The translations under genes were made by a program, and so were the position numbers. A stretch of DNA of 64,000 nucleotides from the IMG/VR virus record IMGVR_UViG_3300029574_000202; one strand, 5' to 3'. The stretch's first letter is position 1, and the number at the start of each line of letters is the position of its first letter. This DNA is from a virus. Positions 27,660-36,530 of this stretch are shown here, in pieces. Below the pieces are notes generated by a model that worked only from the letters and a program-made list of their open reading frames with translations, made no database searches and was not told the origin of the DNA.

Positions 27660-27958
27660 TTGACGAAAAGAAAATACAAGAAGCAGCAGCCGGCATGTTT
27701 AATGTAGGAGGCTTGGTGAATACAGTCGAACGAATAGCTTTTAAGAGAGGCGTTGATTGGTTCAAGCACGCCATTTGGCACGAGTCAAGTGTAAAGCCCG
27801 AAGGTAATGCTGTTATCCTATACCAATGGCTCGATGATAGAGGCACTATGGACGTTGGCATAGATGGAGTCTTCTCGGATGTTGAATGGGCAAAGTTTGT
27901 TGCGTATAATAGCATCACTAAGTGGTGTTACATAGATGACTTGCTGCCGAATAAATAA
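27656..27958 (+). CDS. hypothetical protein (100 aa)
   Basis: ATGA overlap with the previous gene. Confidence 0.4.
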   Translation: MIDEKKIQEAAAGMFNVGGLVNTVERIAFKRGVDWFKHAIWHESSVKPEGNAVILYQWLDDRGTMDVGIDGVFSDVEWAKFVAYNSITKWCYIDDLLPNK

Positions 27959-27969
27959 ATATCAAGCAT

Positions 27970-28359
27970 ATGAAACAGAGATATATAGCCGGTGATTGGG
28001 TGAGATATATAGGAGTAGCCTCACCAATAGTCGTACAAATTACAGAAGTGAGAGAGGACAACCTTTTAACTGATTTCGGCAAATGTAACTGGTACCTTGC
28101 AGACCACAGTGAAGTGGAGCCTATCCCTTTAACTGTTGAAGTACTAATATGCAACGGATGGAAATGGAGTGACGAACACGAAGAATTTGCCAAGCATGGA
28201 GTAGCGATATACCCTGTGGACAACTACTATCGCACCGATATTTTTAACATGAAAAAACGGTATATTCACGAACTCCAACATCTGCTATTCGGTTTGGGTT
28301 TGGATAATTATATGAAGATGCCAAAGAATTATATATTGCCGGAAGTAGGTAAGAAATGA
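27970..28359 (+). CDS. hypothetical protein (129 aa) with a C-terminal HELQHLLFGLGL motif; paralogue of the ORF at 29194
   Basis: The C-termini YIHELQHLLFGLGLD and YVHELQHILWALGLN are clearly related and both contain HExxH. Confidence 0.45.
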   Translation: MKQRYIAGDWVRYIGVASPIVVQITEVREDNLLTDFGKCNWYLADHSEVEPIPLTVEVLICNGWKWSDEHEEFAKHGVAIYPVDNYYRTDIFNMKKRYIHELQHLLFGLGLDNYMKMPKNYILPEVGKK

Positions 28360-29192
28360 CAGATAGCTTACGAATAAAAGTTGATATAGCTTTAAAGTTA
28401 CTAAAATCAACATGTAGAGATAAAGAGGTTGAGTTGTCATATAGCGGAGGTAAGGATTCTGACGTAATACTTGAGCTTGCGAAAATGGCTGGTATTAACT
28501 ATAAGGCTATATATAAAAATATAACAATCGACCCTCCCGGGACAATTAGACATGTGCGAGAGAATAATGTAGAGATTGTTAGACCCAAAGAGACGTTTTT
28601 TCAATTAATTGAACGCAAAGGATTTCCTACAAGGAGGGCGAGATTTTGTTGCCAGATACTTAAAGAATACAAGATAATGGATATTGCGATTCAGGGAATA
28701 AGACGCTCCGAGAGTTCAAAACGTGCAAAACTATACAAAGAGCCAACCCTGTGTAGAATTTACAATAACAACAAGGCAAATCATGTAGAAGTTATTCTGC
28801 CGATACTCGACTGGACAGATAATGATGTAGTTGAGTTTATTACAGAGCGTGGCATTAAACTACATCCTCTCTATTATACTGACGGAAAGGTCGATGTCAA
28901 AAGAAGGCTTGGGTGCATGGGTTGCCCCTTATCTAAGGACAGAGGACTTGAAGAATTTAAAAGGTATCCGAATCTGGTAAAAGCCTGGTTACGAGCTGGA
29001 CAAAAGTGGTGGGACAATCACCCGAACATTAAGACCCGTCAAAAATTCAATTCAATATATGAAGTATTTGTTGGTAATTTGTTTTTTGTATCATACGAGG
29101 ACACTATGCGGAGTGTCAGAGGAGAATTATTTAATAATCCTATTGATTGTAGAAAGTTTCTTGAAGAATATTTTAAAATAAACTTGGAATAA
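28356..29192 (+). CDS. PAPS-reductase-family PP-loop ATP pyrophosphatase (second copy, 278 aa)
   Basis: PP-loop LSYSGGKDSDVILEL; PILDWTDNDVVEFITERGIKLHPLYY; C-terminal Cys pair RLGCMGCP. Confidence 0.75.
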   Translation: MTDSLRIKVDIALKLLKSTCRDKEVELSYSGGKDSDVILELAKMAGINYKAIYKNITIDPPGTIRHVRENNVEIVRPKETFFQLIERKGFPTRRARFCCQILKEYKIMDIAIQGIRRSESSKRAKLYKEPTLCRIYNNNKANHVEVILPILDWTDNDVVEFITERGIKLHPLYYTDGKVDVKRRLGCMGCPLSKDRGLEEFKRYPNLVKAWLRAGQKWWDNHPNIKTRQKFNSIYEVFVGNLFFVSYEDTMRSVRGELFNNPIDCRKFLEEYFKINLE

Positions 29193-29193
29193 A

Positions 29194-29640
29194 ATGATTA
29201 AACCAGAAGACCTAAGAATAGGCAACCTTGTAAGAGCAAACCACAATTGCGCATTTCCGAAAGGCACAATGTGCGTTGTTACCGGTATACGTTCCAAGAA
29301 AGCCTCAAAAGATAAAAAAGGTATCGTCGACCTAAGCGCTATCTACGATGACGACGACGGACCTTGGGGAGCTTGGTGCTGCAATATCGAAGGCATCCCT
29401 CTCACGTCTGAATTTCTTGAAAAGAACGGATTTAAGGAGGAGCAGCATCAAAAGGATGGCACCTCGGAATGGTATGACTACTATCATTACGACCTCGGCA
29501 TCAATATCGTGTACGAGGTCGAGGAAAACAAGTTTGCCGCCTACCTCGACGGAAAAAAGTTAAGAGAAATCAAGTACGTGCACGAACTCCAACATATCCT
29601 TTGGGCACTGGGGCTGAACGCAGATTTAAAAGTATATTAA
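29194..29640 (+). CDS. hypothetical protein (148 aa), paralogue of the ORF at 27970 (C-terminal VHELQHILWALGL)
   Basis: Shared C-terminal HExxH-containing block and a similar N-terminal beta-rich region. Confidence 0.45.
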   Translation: MIKPEDLRIGNLVRANHNCAFPKGTMCVVTGIRSKKASKDKKGIVDLSAIYDDDDGPWGAWCCNIEGIPLTSEFLEKNGFKEEQHQKDGTSEWYDYYHYDLGINIVYEVEENKFAAYLDGKKLREIKYVHELQHILWALGLNADLKVY

Positions 29641-29660
29641 ACACAAGAATTGATAGTAAC

Positions 29661-30116
29661 ATGGAAGAAAAGATAATACAGAAGACCGTTTATCTTGCAA
29701 AAGACGGCAAAGAGTTCCTTAATAAAGAGGAATGTAGGAAGTATGAGGAAGAGTTCCTTAACAAGGTAAGTTACTTTGCCATATCATATAATTTCGATTT
29801 GACAGAAGGTCGAGGTTTTCAAAGTTTGGTTTATGTGGCTGTTGTCCCTTCCAGAAATGATAGTGCGGTAGTTATAGCAAATAAATATGCTATAGACGTT
29901 CTTAATGATGGCGTATTTGCAGGGCAAGGATGTCAAGGATATGGTTTGCAAGAAACTTATTCGCTGTGTCCAATAACAAAAGATGTGTATGATGCCAATG
30001 AAGGTATGATATGGGGATGCAATTCTATACATGGCAAACAGATTTTAATATCAGAAAAACCTATAGAAGGATTCCCCGAACCATTTAACTATAAAAAAGA
30101 ATGGGGAATTAAGTAA
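29661..30116 (+). CDS. hypothetical protein (151 aa)
   Basis: ORF; start at MEEKIIQ after the previous stop. Confidence 0.4.
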   Translation: MEEKIIQKTVYLAKDGKEFLNKEECRKYEEEFLNKVSYFAISYNFDLTEGRGFQSLVYVAVVPSRNDSAVVIANKYAIDVLNDGVFAGQGCQGYGLQETYSLCPITKDVYDANEGMIWGCNSIHGKQILISEKPIEGFPEPFNYKKEWGIK

Positions 30117-30166
30117 TAGAGTAACGAACGTACACTTCAAAGAGGTTATTAACGAAAATATAGAGT

Positions 30167-30778
30167 ATGAAAAAGATAATGTTCAACGACAAGTACGGCT
30201 TAACACAAGCTGTACTCGAAGGCAGAAAGACACAGACAAGACGAGTAGCCTATACAGCAGGAAGATGGAGAGATATTATGGTTAGGCAGGATTTAGAAGG
30301 AGTAAACAAAGGCAAAGCATGTCTGTTTGGCGATGGAATACTTCTCGCCAAATCCGCTTACAAACTCGGTGAAACTATAGCCATCGCTCAAAAATACGAA
30401 GATTTGAGAAAGGACGATGAATTTTATCGTCTTTGTGGTAAAAACGGAATGCCTTTGGAGTGCATCAAATACGAGAAAGGATGCAGCAATAAGATGTTTG
30501 TTAAGGCAGACCTTATGCCGCACCGCATCCATATCACTAACATCCGTGTCGAACGTCTACAAGACATAAGCGATGAAGATTGCATAGCGGAAGGTATCTA
30601 TCCTAAAGCAAATGGGAGGTGGTATTGTTATGATGTCGTAGGACGGATAGGGGTAAGCTACGACCCTTACCCTGACCCACGTGAAGCCTACGCTGCTTTG
30701 ATAGACAATATCAGCGGCAAGGACACATGGGGGAGCAATCCTTGGGTTTTCGTTTACGATTTTGAACTTGTAAAATAG
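30167..30778 (+). CDS. ASCH (ASC-1 homology, PUA-like) domain protein
   Basis: N-terminal MKKIMFNDKYGLTQAVLEGRKTQTRR is the hallmark ASCH start (..GRKTQTRR). Length 203 aa. Confidence 0.55.
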   Translation: MKKIMFNDKYGLTQAVLEGRKTQTRRVAYTAGRWRDIMVRQDLEGVNKGKACLFGDGILLAKSAYKLGETIAIAQKYEDLRKDDEFYRLCGKNGMPLECIKYEKGCSNKMFVKADLMPHRIHITNIRVERLQDISDEDCIAEGIYPKANGRWYCYDVVGRIGVSYDPYPDPREAYAALIDNISGKDTWGSNPWVFVYDFELVK

Positions 30779-30784
30779 CAAGCT

Positions 30785-31024
30785 ATGGATATGGAAAGAG
30801 TAAAGCAGCTCCGCAACGAATACACAGAGCAGCATATTATTTTAAAGGAGCAGTTCGAGAAATTTCAAGAACTTTTAAAGGAGCATCCAGAACAGCAGAC
30901 GGAAGAATCAAAAAGATGCCGTGAAGCTTTAGAGTTTTACGAAACCAAAAAGGACGGTATGACACGTCAACAGCGTAGAGCATACGAGAGAAGACTTGCA
31001 AAGGAGAACAAAAGAAAACATTAA
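30785..31024 (+). CDS. small basic hypothetical protein (79 aa). The C-terminus KDGMTRQQRRAYERRLAKENKRK is paralogous to a 40-aa ORF at about 24203-24325.
   Basis: Shared KDGMTRxxRRAYxRxLAK tail. Confidence 0.35.
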   Translation: MDMERVKQLRNEYTEQHIILKEQFEKFQELLKEHPEQQTEESKRCREALEFYETKKDGMTRQQRRAYERRLAKENKRKH

Positions 31025-31043
31025 CAATATAACAAACATAACT

Positions 31044-31775
31044 ATGAACAAAGAAATGAAACAATACACTGGAACAAAGACAGTGAAGGCTATGCCTATG
31101 ACAATGGGTGAAGCCTACGAGCGCAAGCTCTTGAAAGAGGGCGTAAGACCCTCTGAGTGTGAAACAGACAAGGCTGGCTACCTCGTTGAGTATGAAGGCG
31201 GTTACCAGTCTTGGAGTCCGAAGAGCATATTTGATGAAGCATACAAGTGCGCTGACACTTTCCTTGACCGTTTAAAAGTTGAGTATGAAGAACTCATGAA
31301 GCGGTATGAGAAATGCGCTGCATTCGTAGATTCTGAAAAATTCCGTAAGGTGGTTAAAGAAGACTGTCCTGCTTTTCTGCTTTCATTGCAGCGTAAATTT
31401 ATGGGATATTATTTGGTAATCCTTGAACAGCGTATGGCTATTGCCAAGGGAGAAATAAGCATCACTACATTAACGGGAATGTCTTTCGGTTCAGCTATTC
31501 AGGCATTAAAATTCGGTCTTGCCATCCGCAGAACTGGTTGGAACGGCAAGGGACTGTTTGTCGTGAAGCAAGTTCCTGATCGTATCACTGGTGACATCAT
31601 TCCTAATATGCAGTCACTTCCCCAGTCTGCCAAGGACATCATTATGGCACGTGCTGAGCCACACATCAGCTATACCAACCAGATGCTTATTGTACATCCA
31701 GACGGACGTGCCGACTCTTGGGTTCCGTCTTCGAGTGATGTGTTTGCAGAGGACTGGGAGTTGGTAACTGAGTAG
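31044..31775 (+). CDS. hypothetical protein (about 243 aa)
   Basis: ORF; start at MNKEMKQ after the previous stop. Confidence 0.45.
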   Translation: MNKEMKQYTGTKTVKAMPMTMGEAYERKLLKEGVRPSECETDKAGYLVEYEGGYQSWSPKSIFDEAYKCADTFLDRLKVEYEELMKRYEKCAAFVDSEKFRKVVKEDCPAFLLSLQRKFMGYYLVILEQRMAIAKGEISITTLTGMSFGSAIQALKFGLAIRRTGWNGKGLFVVKQVPDRITGDIIPNMQSLPQSAKDIIMARAEPHISYTNQMLIVHPDGRADSWVPSSSDVFAEDWELVTE

Positions 31776-31797
31776 GTGACACTATAAATAAACTAAA

Positions 31798-31998
31798 ATG
31801 AAAACATATAAATGGAAAATCACCGCTTTTGTGGTGTGGGTTGTCATAACGCTCATTGTTGTCAGCGTTGCGCTGAGAGGCGTAAGCAAGGCAGATACAG
31901 CAACAAATCTGATTAGCGTAGCAATCCTTTTATTTTGGACGCTTTTGTCCTTTGCAACGAATTGTTTCACTTTTAAAAATAATAAAAACAATGAGTAA
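31798..31998 (+). CDS. small membrane protein (66 aa)
   Basis: Two hydrophobic helices. Confidence 0.3.
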   Translation: MKTYKWKITAFVVWVVITLIVVSVALRGVSKADTATNLISVAILLFWTLLSFATNCFTFKNNKNNE

Positions 31999-32773
31999 AA
32001 TTAAATCAATGTGTATGTTTGTGCTGCCTATGACAGCATTGTGCTTAACCTCTTGTAGCGAGCGTATCGACGCTGGTTCTGAAGGCATTCTCGTCAACCT
32101 TTACGGTTCAGACAAGGGCGTTGATGACGTAAGTCTCGTTACCGGTCGTGTGTGGTACAATCCATTTACAGAAGAGGTCTATGAGTACCCGACATTCGTA
32201 CAGACAATCGACTATCCTGCTTTTACCATCAACGCCAAGGATGGTTCTGAGTTTACCGTTGATCCGACGGTATCTCTCAAGATGATCGACGGCAATGCAC
32301 CGAAAGTGTTCAAGAAGTACCGCAAGGAACTGAACGACATCATAAATGGTACATTATTCAACTATGTCAAAGATGCGTTCCGTATTCAGCTCAACAAGTA
32401 CACTACCGATCAGATTGTCAGCAACCGTGATATGGTAGAGCGTGCTATTGAATCACAGCTTAGTAAGGCACTTGCCAAAGAGCACTTCCAGCTTGAACAG
32501 CTTACGTCTGGTCTCAAATATCCAAACTCCATCGTTGAAGCCGTCAACCAGAAGAACAAAGCTATTCAGGAGGCACAGCGAGCACTCAACGAAGTGGCTG
32601 TAAAGAAGGCTGAAGCAGAAAAGATGCTTGTACAGGCACGTGCCGAACGAGAGGCTAATGAACTTAAATCCGCAACACTTACTCCAGCAATTCTCAAAAA
32701 GATGTGGATTGAGAAGTGGGATGGCAAGCTTCCCGTTTATGGAAACGTGCCGCAGATTATGATGACCAAGTAA
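31991..32773 (+). CDS. SPFH/band-7 (prohibitin/HflC-like) lipoprotein
   Basis: Signal peptide plus lipobox MSKIKSMCMFVLPMTALCLTSC. SPFH-like core and a C-terminal coiled region EAQRALNEVAVKKAEAEKMLVQARAEREANELK. Confidence 0.55.
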   Translation: MSKIKSMCMFVLPMTALCLTSCSERIDAGSEGILVNLYGSDKGVDDVSLVTGRVWYNPFTEEVYEYPTFVQTIDYPAFTINAKDGSEFTVDPTVSLKMIDGNAPKVFKKYRKELNDIINGTLFNYVKDAFRIQLNKYTTDQIVSNRDMVERAIESQLSKALAKEHFQLEQLTSGLKYPNSIVEAVNQKNKAIQEAQRALNEVAVKKAEAEKMLVQARAEREANELKSATLTPAILKKMWIEKWDGKLPVYGNVPQIMMTK

Positions 32774-32792
32774 TTAACAAGTCCTCTCCCCA

Positions 32793-33077
32793 GTGACAGT
32801 GGGGAGAGTAAAAAAGAAGAGAAATATGTTAAAGAGGAGTGAATTTAAAAGAGGAGAATTTCTTGTAACAAGTGATGGAAATATATTTATCCATGATGGC
32901 TATAAAAATGGTGACGGATATGGATGTTTGATTGGTCTGGATTCCAATGGCGAATTGCGAAAGCAAAGTGATTGGGGAAACTTTATGCGCTACCCAATAG
33001 ACCATATAGCATCAGATAAAGAAATAGACCGCCTTATGCGAAAAATAATGTATGCAGAGCGTATTACAAATTACTAA
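32793..33077 (+). CDS. hypothetical protein (94 aa)
   Basis: ORF. Confidence 0.35.
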   Translation: MTVGRVKKKRNMLKRSEFKRGEFLVTSDGNIFIHDGYKNGDGYGCLIGLDSNGELRKQSDWGNFMRYPIDHIASDKEIDRLMRKIMYAERITNY

Positions 33078-33445
33078 TTATCATCCTCTAATTTAACAAG
33101 TGATTAATATGACAAAATTTAAAGTTATTAGATATTGGGACACGTATCCCGATGGAGTTGTTGCAATTTGTAATACAGAGGAAGAAGCAGAAAAGATATG
33201 TAATAAATATCGTAGAAGCCGCAAGCCTATGTACGACTATTTAGTCCGAAAGGAGGGTGAATAATGACGAGAGAACAGTTAAAAAATAAATATGGAGATG
33301 AAATATGCGAGTTATGCTTACGAGAGTATTTTACTAACAGAGCATTCCCTGAGACGCTTTGTGAAGGTCGTTATTGCGAGGATGCAGAAGATAGTTTCGC
33401 AGATGAACATAATATAGAACTAAAGGATTAATATAACATTAGAAG

Positions 33446-33697
33446 ATGAAAGAAATTATAGCAAAAATGATATGCGTTGTTTTAACGGCACCATTAATTC
33501 CAGTTGTGCTAATTGGATACATCCCTTACGCCTTATTTAGAGGAGTCACAAGCGAATCTGTCTTTGATGCTTACTTTGATATTTTGGAGCGGTTTGTTGA
33601 CTTTCTATTATACCCATACTATAAATATCTGGAAAGAAAAAAATTATATAAAAAAGTTGAAGCAGAAGGTGGATTATTATCGCGAGGAGAATGTTAG
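33446..33697 (+). CDS. small membrane protein (83 aa), overlapping an alternative-frame ORF at 33513..33743
   Basis: N-terminal TM helix. A +1-frame ORF with a coiled-coil C-terminus ends in an ATGA overlap with the next gene. Confidence 0.3.
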   Translation: MKEIIAKMICVVLTAPLIPVVLIGYIPYALFRGVTSESVFDAYFDILERFVDFLLYPYYKYLERKKLYKKVEAEGGLLSRGEC

Positions 33698-33739
33698 ACT
33701 TAATAACGCATTGGAAAAAATTGAAAAAGAAAAAGAATT

Positions 33740-34126
33740 ATGACAAGAGAGGAAGCCAAAGAATTACTGCCTATAATACAGGCATTTGCTGAAGGGAGAA
33801 CAATACAACTATTTGGAAGAGACGGTTGGACGGACTTATATAAAGATTTCATATTTGACATAAGTTATCGCTACCGCGTCAAGCCTGAACCCAAATGCCG
33901 CCCATTTAAAAACGCGGATGAGTGCTGGCAGGAGATGCTGAAGCATCAACCGTTCGGGTGGCTTAGAGAAAAGAAACGAAATGTGCGTACTCAAATTGGA
34001 TTTATGCACACAGAAGGAATACAAGGAACAAGTGGTGGCTCTTCTAATTATAAGGCTTTCTTTGACTGTTTTAGCTTTGCCGACGGTGCGCCGTTCGGAG
34101 TAAAGGAGGAAGTATGGGAAAATTAG
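33740..34126 (+). CDS. hypothetical protein (128 aa)
   Basis: ORF. Confidence 0.4.
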   Translation: MTREEAKELLPIIQAFAEGRTIQLFGRDGWTDLYKDFIFDISYRYRVKPEPKCRPFKNADECWQEMLKHQPFGWLREKKRNVRTQIGFMHTEGIQGTSGGSSNYKAFFDCFSFADGAPFGVKEEVWEN

Positions 34127-34296
34127 ATGGTATTATATTACTTGTGTTTGGGTGCATCATAGCATTTCTCACAATAGATTTTATCATTGGTGCTCATTTT
34201 GGCATACAATATGGCTTTTTGTCAATGGCAGCAGAACTTATAATCTGCGGACTATTGCTAATCAAATTCGATGATGAAACAGAAGATAAATTATGA
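34114..34296 (+). CDS. small membrane protein (60 aa)
   Basis: Hydrophobic throughout. Confidence 0.3.
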   Translation: MGKLDGIILLVFGCIIAFLTIDFIIGAHFGIQYGFLSMAAELIICGLLLIKFDDETEDKL

Positions 34297-34651
34297 ACAA
34301 CAAAGAAATCATATTCAGGGGCAAACGCCTCGACAATGGCGAATGGGTGTATGGCGACTTACTCCACCTCGTAGGCGGTGAGTATATAAGCAACGGTTGC
34401 GGATGCGACACGCAGGTAGACCCCGATACGGTCGAACAATACACTGGATAGAAGGACAAGAACAGAAAGGAGGCTAATATGCAGGAAACAACGATAACAT
34501 TTAAGGTTCGGGTGTCCGACGATGAGAGCCGTGTCATAATTGCAAACCCGACAACGACAGACTCTATAAGTCTTAGCGTTTTCATGGGTATCATCAGAAG
34601 TCTTGCGGACTTTCAGGAAGAGTGGAACAAGGAACATAAACAAAAAGGAAT

Positions 34652-34936
34652 ATGCCAAAATACAAATGGATAGTAGTAGCTTTACTTTTGGTTGCGCTTA
34701 CTATAATAGTAATTCTTTTAAACACCGCTTATGGTGTTATATTAGCTTTAAGCGAATTAATAGCGTTCGGATTATTATATAAAATTGATACAACAATGAA
34801 ACAGGCAGATTATATCAGACTGACGGCACATATTGCCGTACTGAAAGAAATTGCCGTTGATTACAGCGGCAAGACGATAGACAACATCATACAGCAGCTC
34901 GAAGCAATTAAGAAGGATGTGACGGATGAAGATTAG
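34652..34936 (+). CDS. small membrane protein (94 aa)
   Basis: N-terminal TM helices. Confidence 0.3.
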   Translation: MPKYKWIVVALLLVALTIIVILLNTAYGVILALSELIAFGLLYKIDTTMKQADYIRLTAHIAVLKEIAVDYSGKTIDNIIQQLEAIKKDVTDED

Positions 34937-35174
34937 AAAAACAAAGAAGCGTTACAAAACCATGTTTCTGACGCATCCTTTCTGCACTAAAGTAAAGTTT
35001 AAAAAGATAAGTACATCAATCGAAACAGAACCGCGTCAATACCCCAAAATGTGTGGCGTGTTTGTTGCATACGAGGTGCGCAGGTGGTATCGTAAAAAGG
35101 AATTGAAAACTCGATACGTGCACATAAGAATTGGCGCAGCAAAAAAGTAAAACATCACATAAAATCAAATAACA

Positions 35175-36185
35175 ATGAAAATACTCAAAGAAATCAAAGT
35201 TCCTACAGGCGAAATCTACACCGCAAAAGGAGATAAAGGCGTGTTGGAGTTTCTGACAGTAGCCGACTATGGCAAAGACGCAAATATCAAAGCCGACTTC
35301 CTCGGCATAACAAGAGAGCTGAATGGAGTGCCGAACGGAACGCCGATGCCACTAACCAAAAAATGGGTAATAACAATCTCTACCCAGTACGGCTGCTCAA
35401 TGAACTGCAAGTTCTGCGATGTGCCGAAAGTCGGACCGGGACGCAACGTAACACTGAACGACCTGCGCCACGAGATAACAACGGCATTAGGTATGCACCT
35501 GGAGGTTAATCACACCAAACGCCTTAATGTACACTATGCACGCATGGGCGAGCCGACATGGAACGAGGCTGTAATCGAGCACGCGCGCTTCTTCTTGCGC
35601 GTAGATATTGTTCCCTACATCGGAAATTCACTTGTACATCCTGTAGTAAGCACAATGCTCCCGAAGCATAATTGTAACTTGTATGATTTTATCCACAAAT
35701 GGGTTAGAGTTAAGAATACCGACTACAACGGAAACGCAGGCTTGCAGTTCTCTATAAACTCTACCGACGACGCGCAGCGAGAATACCTGTTCTCGGGAAA
35801 CGCCTTGCCATTGAGAGATATTGCAGAACTTGCCGACACACTTGAAACTCCGCGCGGTCGCAAGTACACCCTTAACTTCGCGCTTGCCGACGACTCCATT
35901 ATTGACGGCAAGGTACTTGCTTCGATGTTTGACCCACGCAAGTTCATGTGTAAGATTACACCACTTCACAGAACAAACAGCTGCGAAGCCAACCACATTC
36001 AGACAAGCGGAGGTTACGACTCGTTTGTGCCGTACAAGAAAGTGGAAGAGGATTTGAAGGCAAACGGATTCGATGTAATCGTGTTCGTTCCGTCGTATGA
36101 CGAGGACAACGGATTGATTACTTGTGGCAATGCAATCCTGTCGGGCAAGAAGCCGACATCAAGCTACAAAGAAGTGGTATTTTAA
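35175..36185 (+). CDS. Radical SAM enzyme of the RlmN/Cfr family (RNA adenine C2/C8 methyltransferase-like), N-terminally shortened
   Basis: ISTQYGCSMNCKFCDV versus RlmN VSSQVGCALECKFCST (CX3CX2C); NVHYARMGEPTWN versus RlmN MGMGEPLLN; C-terminal DEDNGLITCGNAIL versus RlmN GDDIDAACGQL, which contains the second catalytic Cys. Length 336 aa. Confidence 0.6.
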   Translation: MKILKEIKVPTGEIYTAKGDKGVLEFLTVADYGKDANIKADFLGITRELNGVPNGTPMPLTKKWVITISTQYGCSMNCKFCDVPKVGPGRNVTLNDLRHEITTALGMHLEVNHTKRLNVHYARMGEPTWNEAVIEHARFFLRVDIVPYIGNSLVHPVVSTMLPKHNCNLYDFIHKWVRVKNTDYNGNAGLQFSINSTDDAQREYLFSGNALPLRDIAELADTLETPRGRKYTLNFALADDSIIDGKVLASMFDPRKFMCKITPLHRTNSCEANHIQTSGGYDSFVPYKKVEEDLKANGFDVIVFVPSYDEDNGLITCGNAILSGKKPTSSYKEVVF

Positions 36186-36198
36186 TCTGATAAACAAA

Positions 36199-36528
36199 AT
36201 GAGCAAAAAGAAAATATACATATCATCACCGATTACCGGCTATAACCTCAACGAGCGACACAAGTTCTTCGCACGGATCGAGAAGGAACTGACAATTCTC
36301 GGCTACAAGGCAGTCAACCCTATGGCTAAACCTATACCCGATTCTGCGCCGTACACGGAGCACATGAAAGAGGATTTACGCCTGCTCCTCGGCTGCGACG
36401 GCATTGTTGTACCGAACCGATGGCGTTGTTCAAAAGGCTGTGAAACGGAACGTCGTGTGGCGGACGCTTGCGGAATACCCGTTGTCGGCGTGATAGACGA
36501 AGATTTGCAAATCTTAAACGCAATATAA
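36199..36528 (+). CDS. DUF4406 / nucleoside 2-deoxyribosyltransferase-like protein
   Basis: N-terminal KKIYISSPITGYNLNERHKFFARIEKELTILGYKAVNP fits the YI(A/S)GPMTG...N.. pattern of DUF4406. The start is at MSKKK after the previous stop. Confidence 0.4.
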   Translation: MSKKKIYISSPITGYNLNERHKFFARIEKELTILGYKAVNPMAKPIPDSAPYTEHMKEDLRLLLGCDGIVVPNRWRCSKGCETERRVADACGIPVVGVIDEDLQILNAI

Positions 36529-36530
36529 GC

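Noticed and set aside
35175-36185. Radical-SAM protein as viperin-like (pVip) or QueE
   Set aside because: The spacing and flanking residues of the CX3CX2C cluster, the MGEP motif and the C-terminal Cys block fit RlmN/Cfr much better. No other 7-deazaguanine genes (QueC, QueD, FolE, DpdA) are present.
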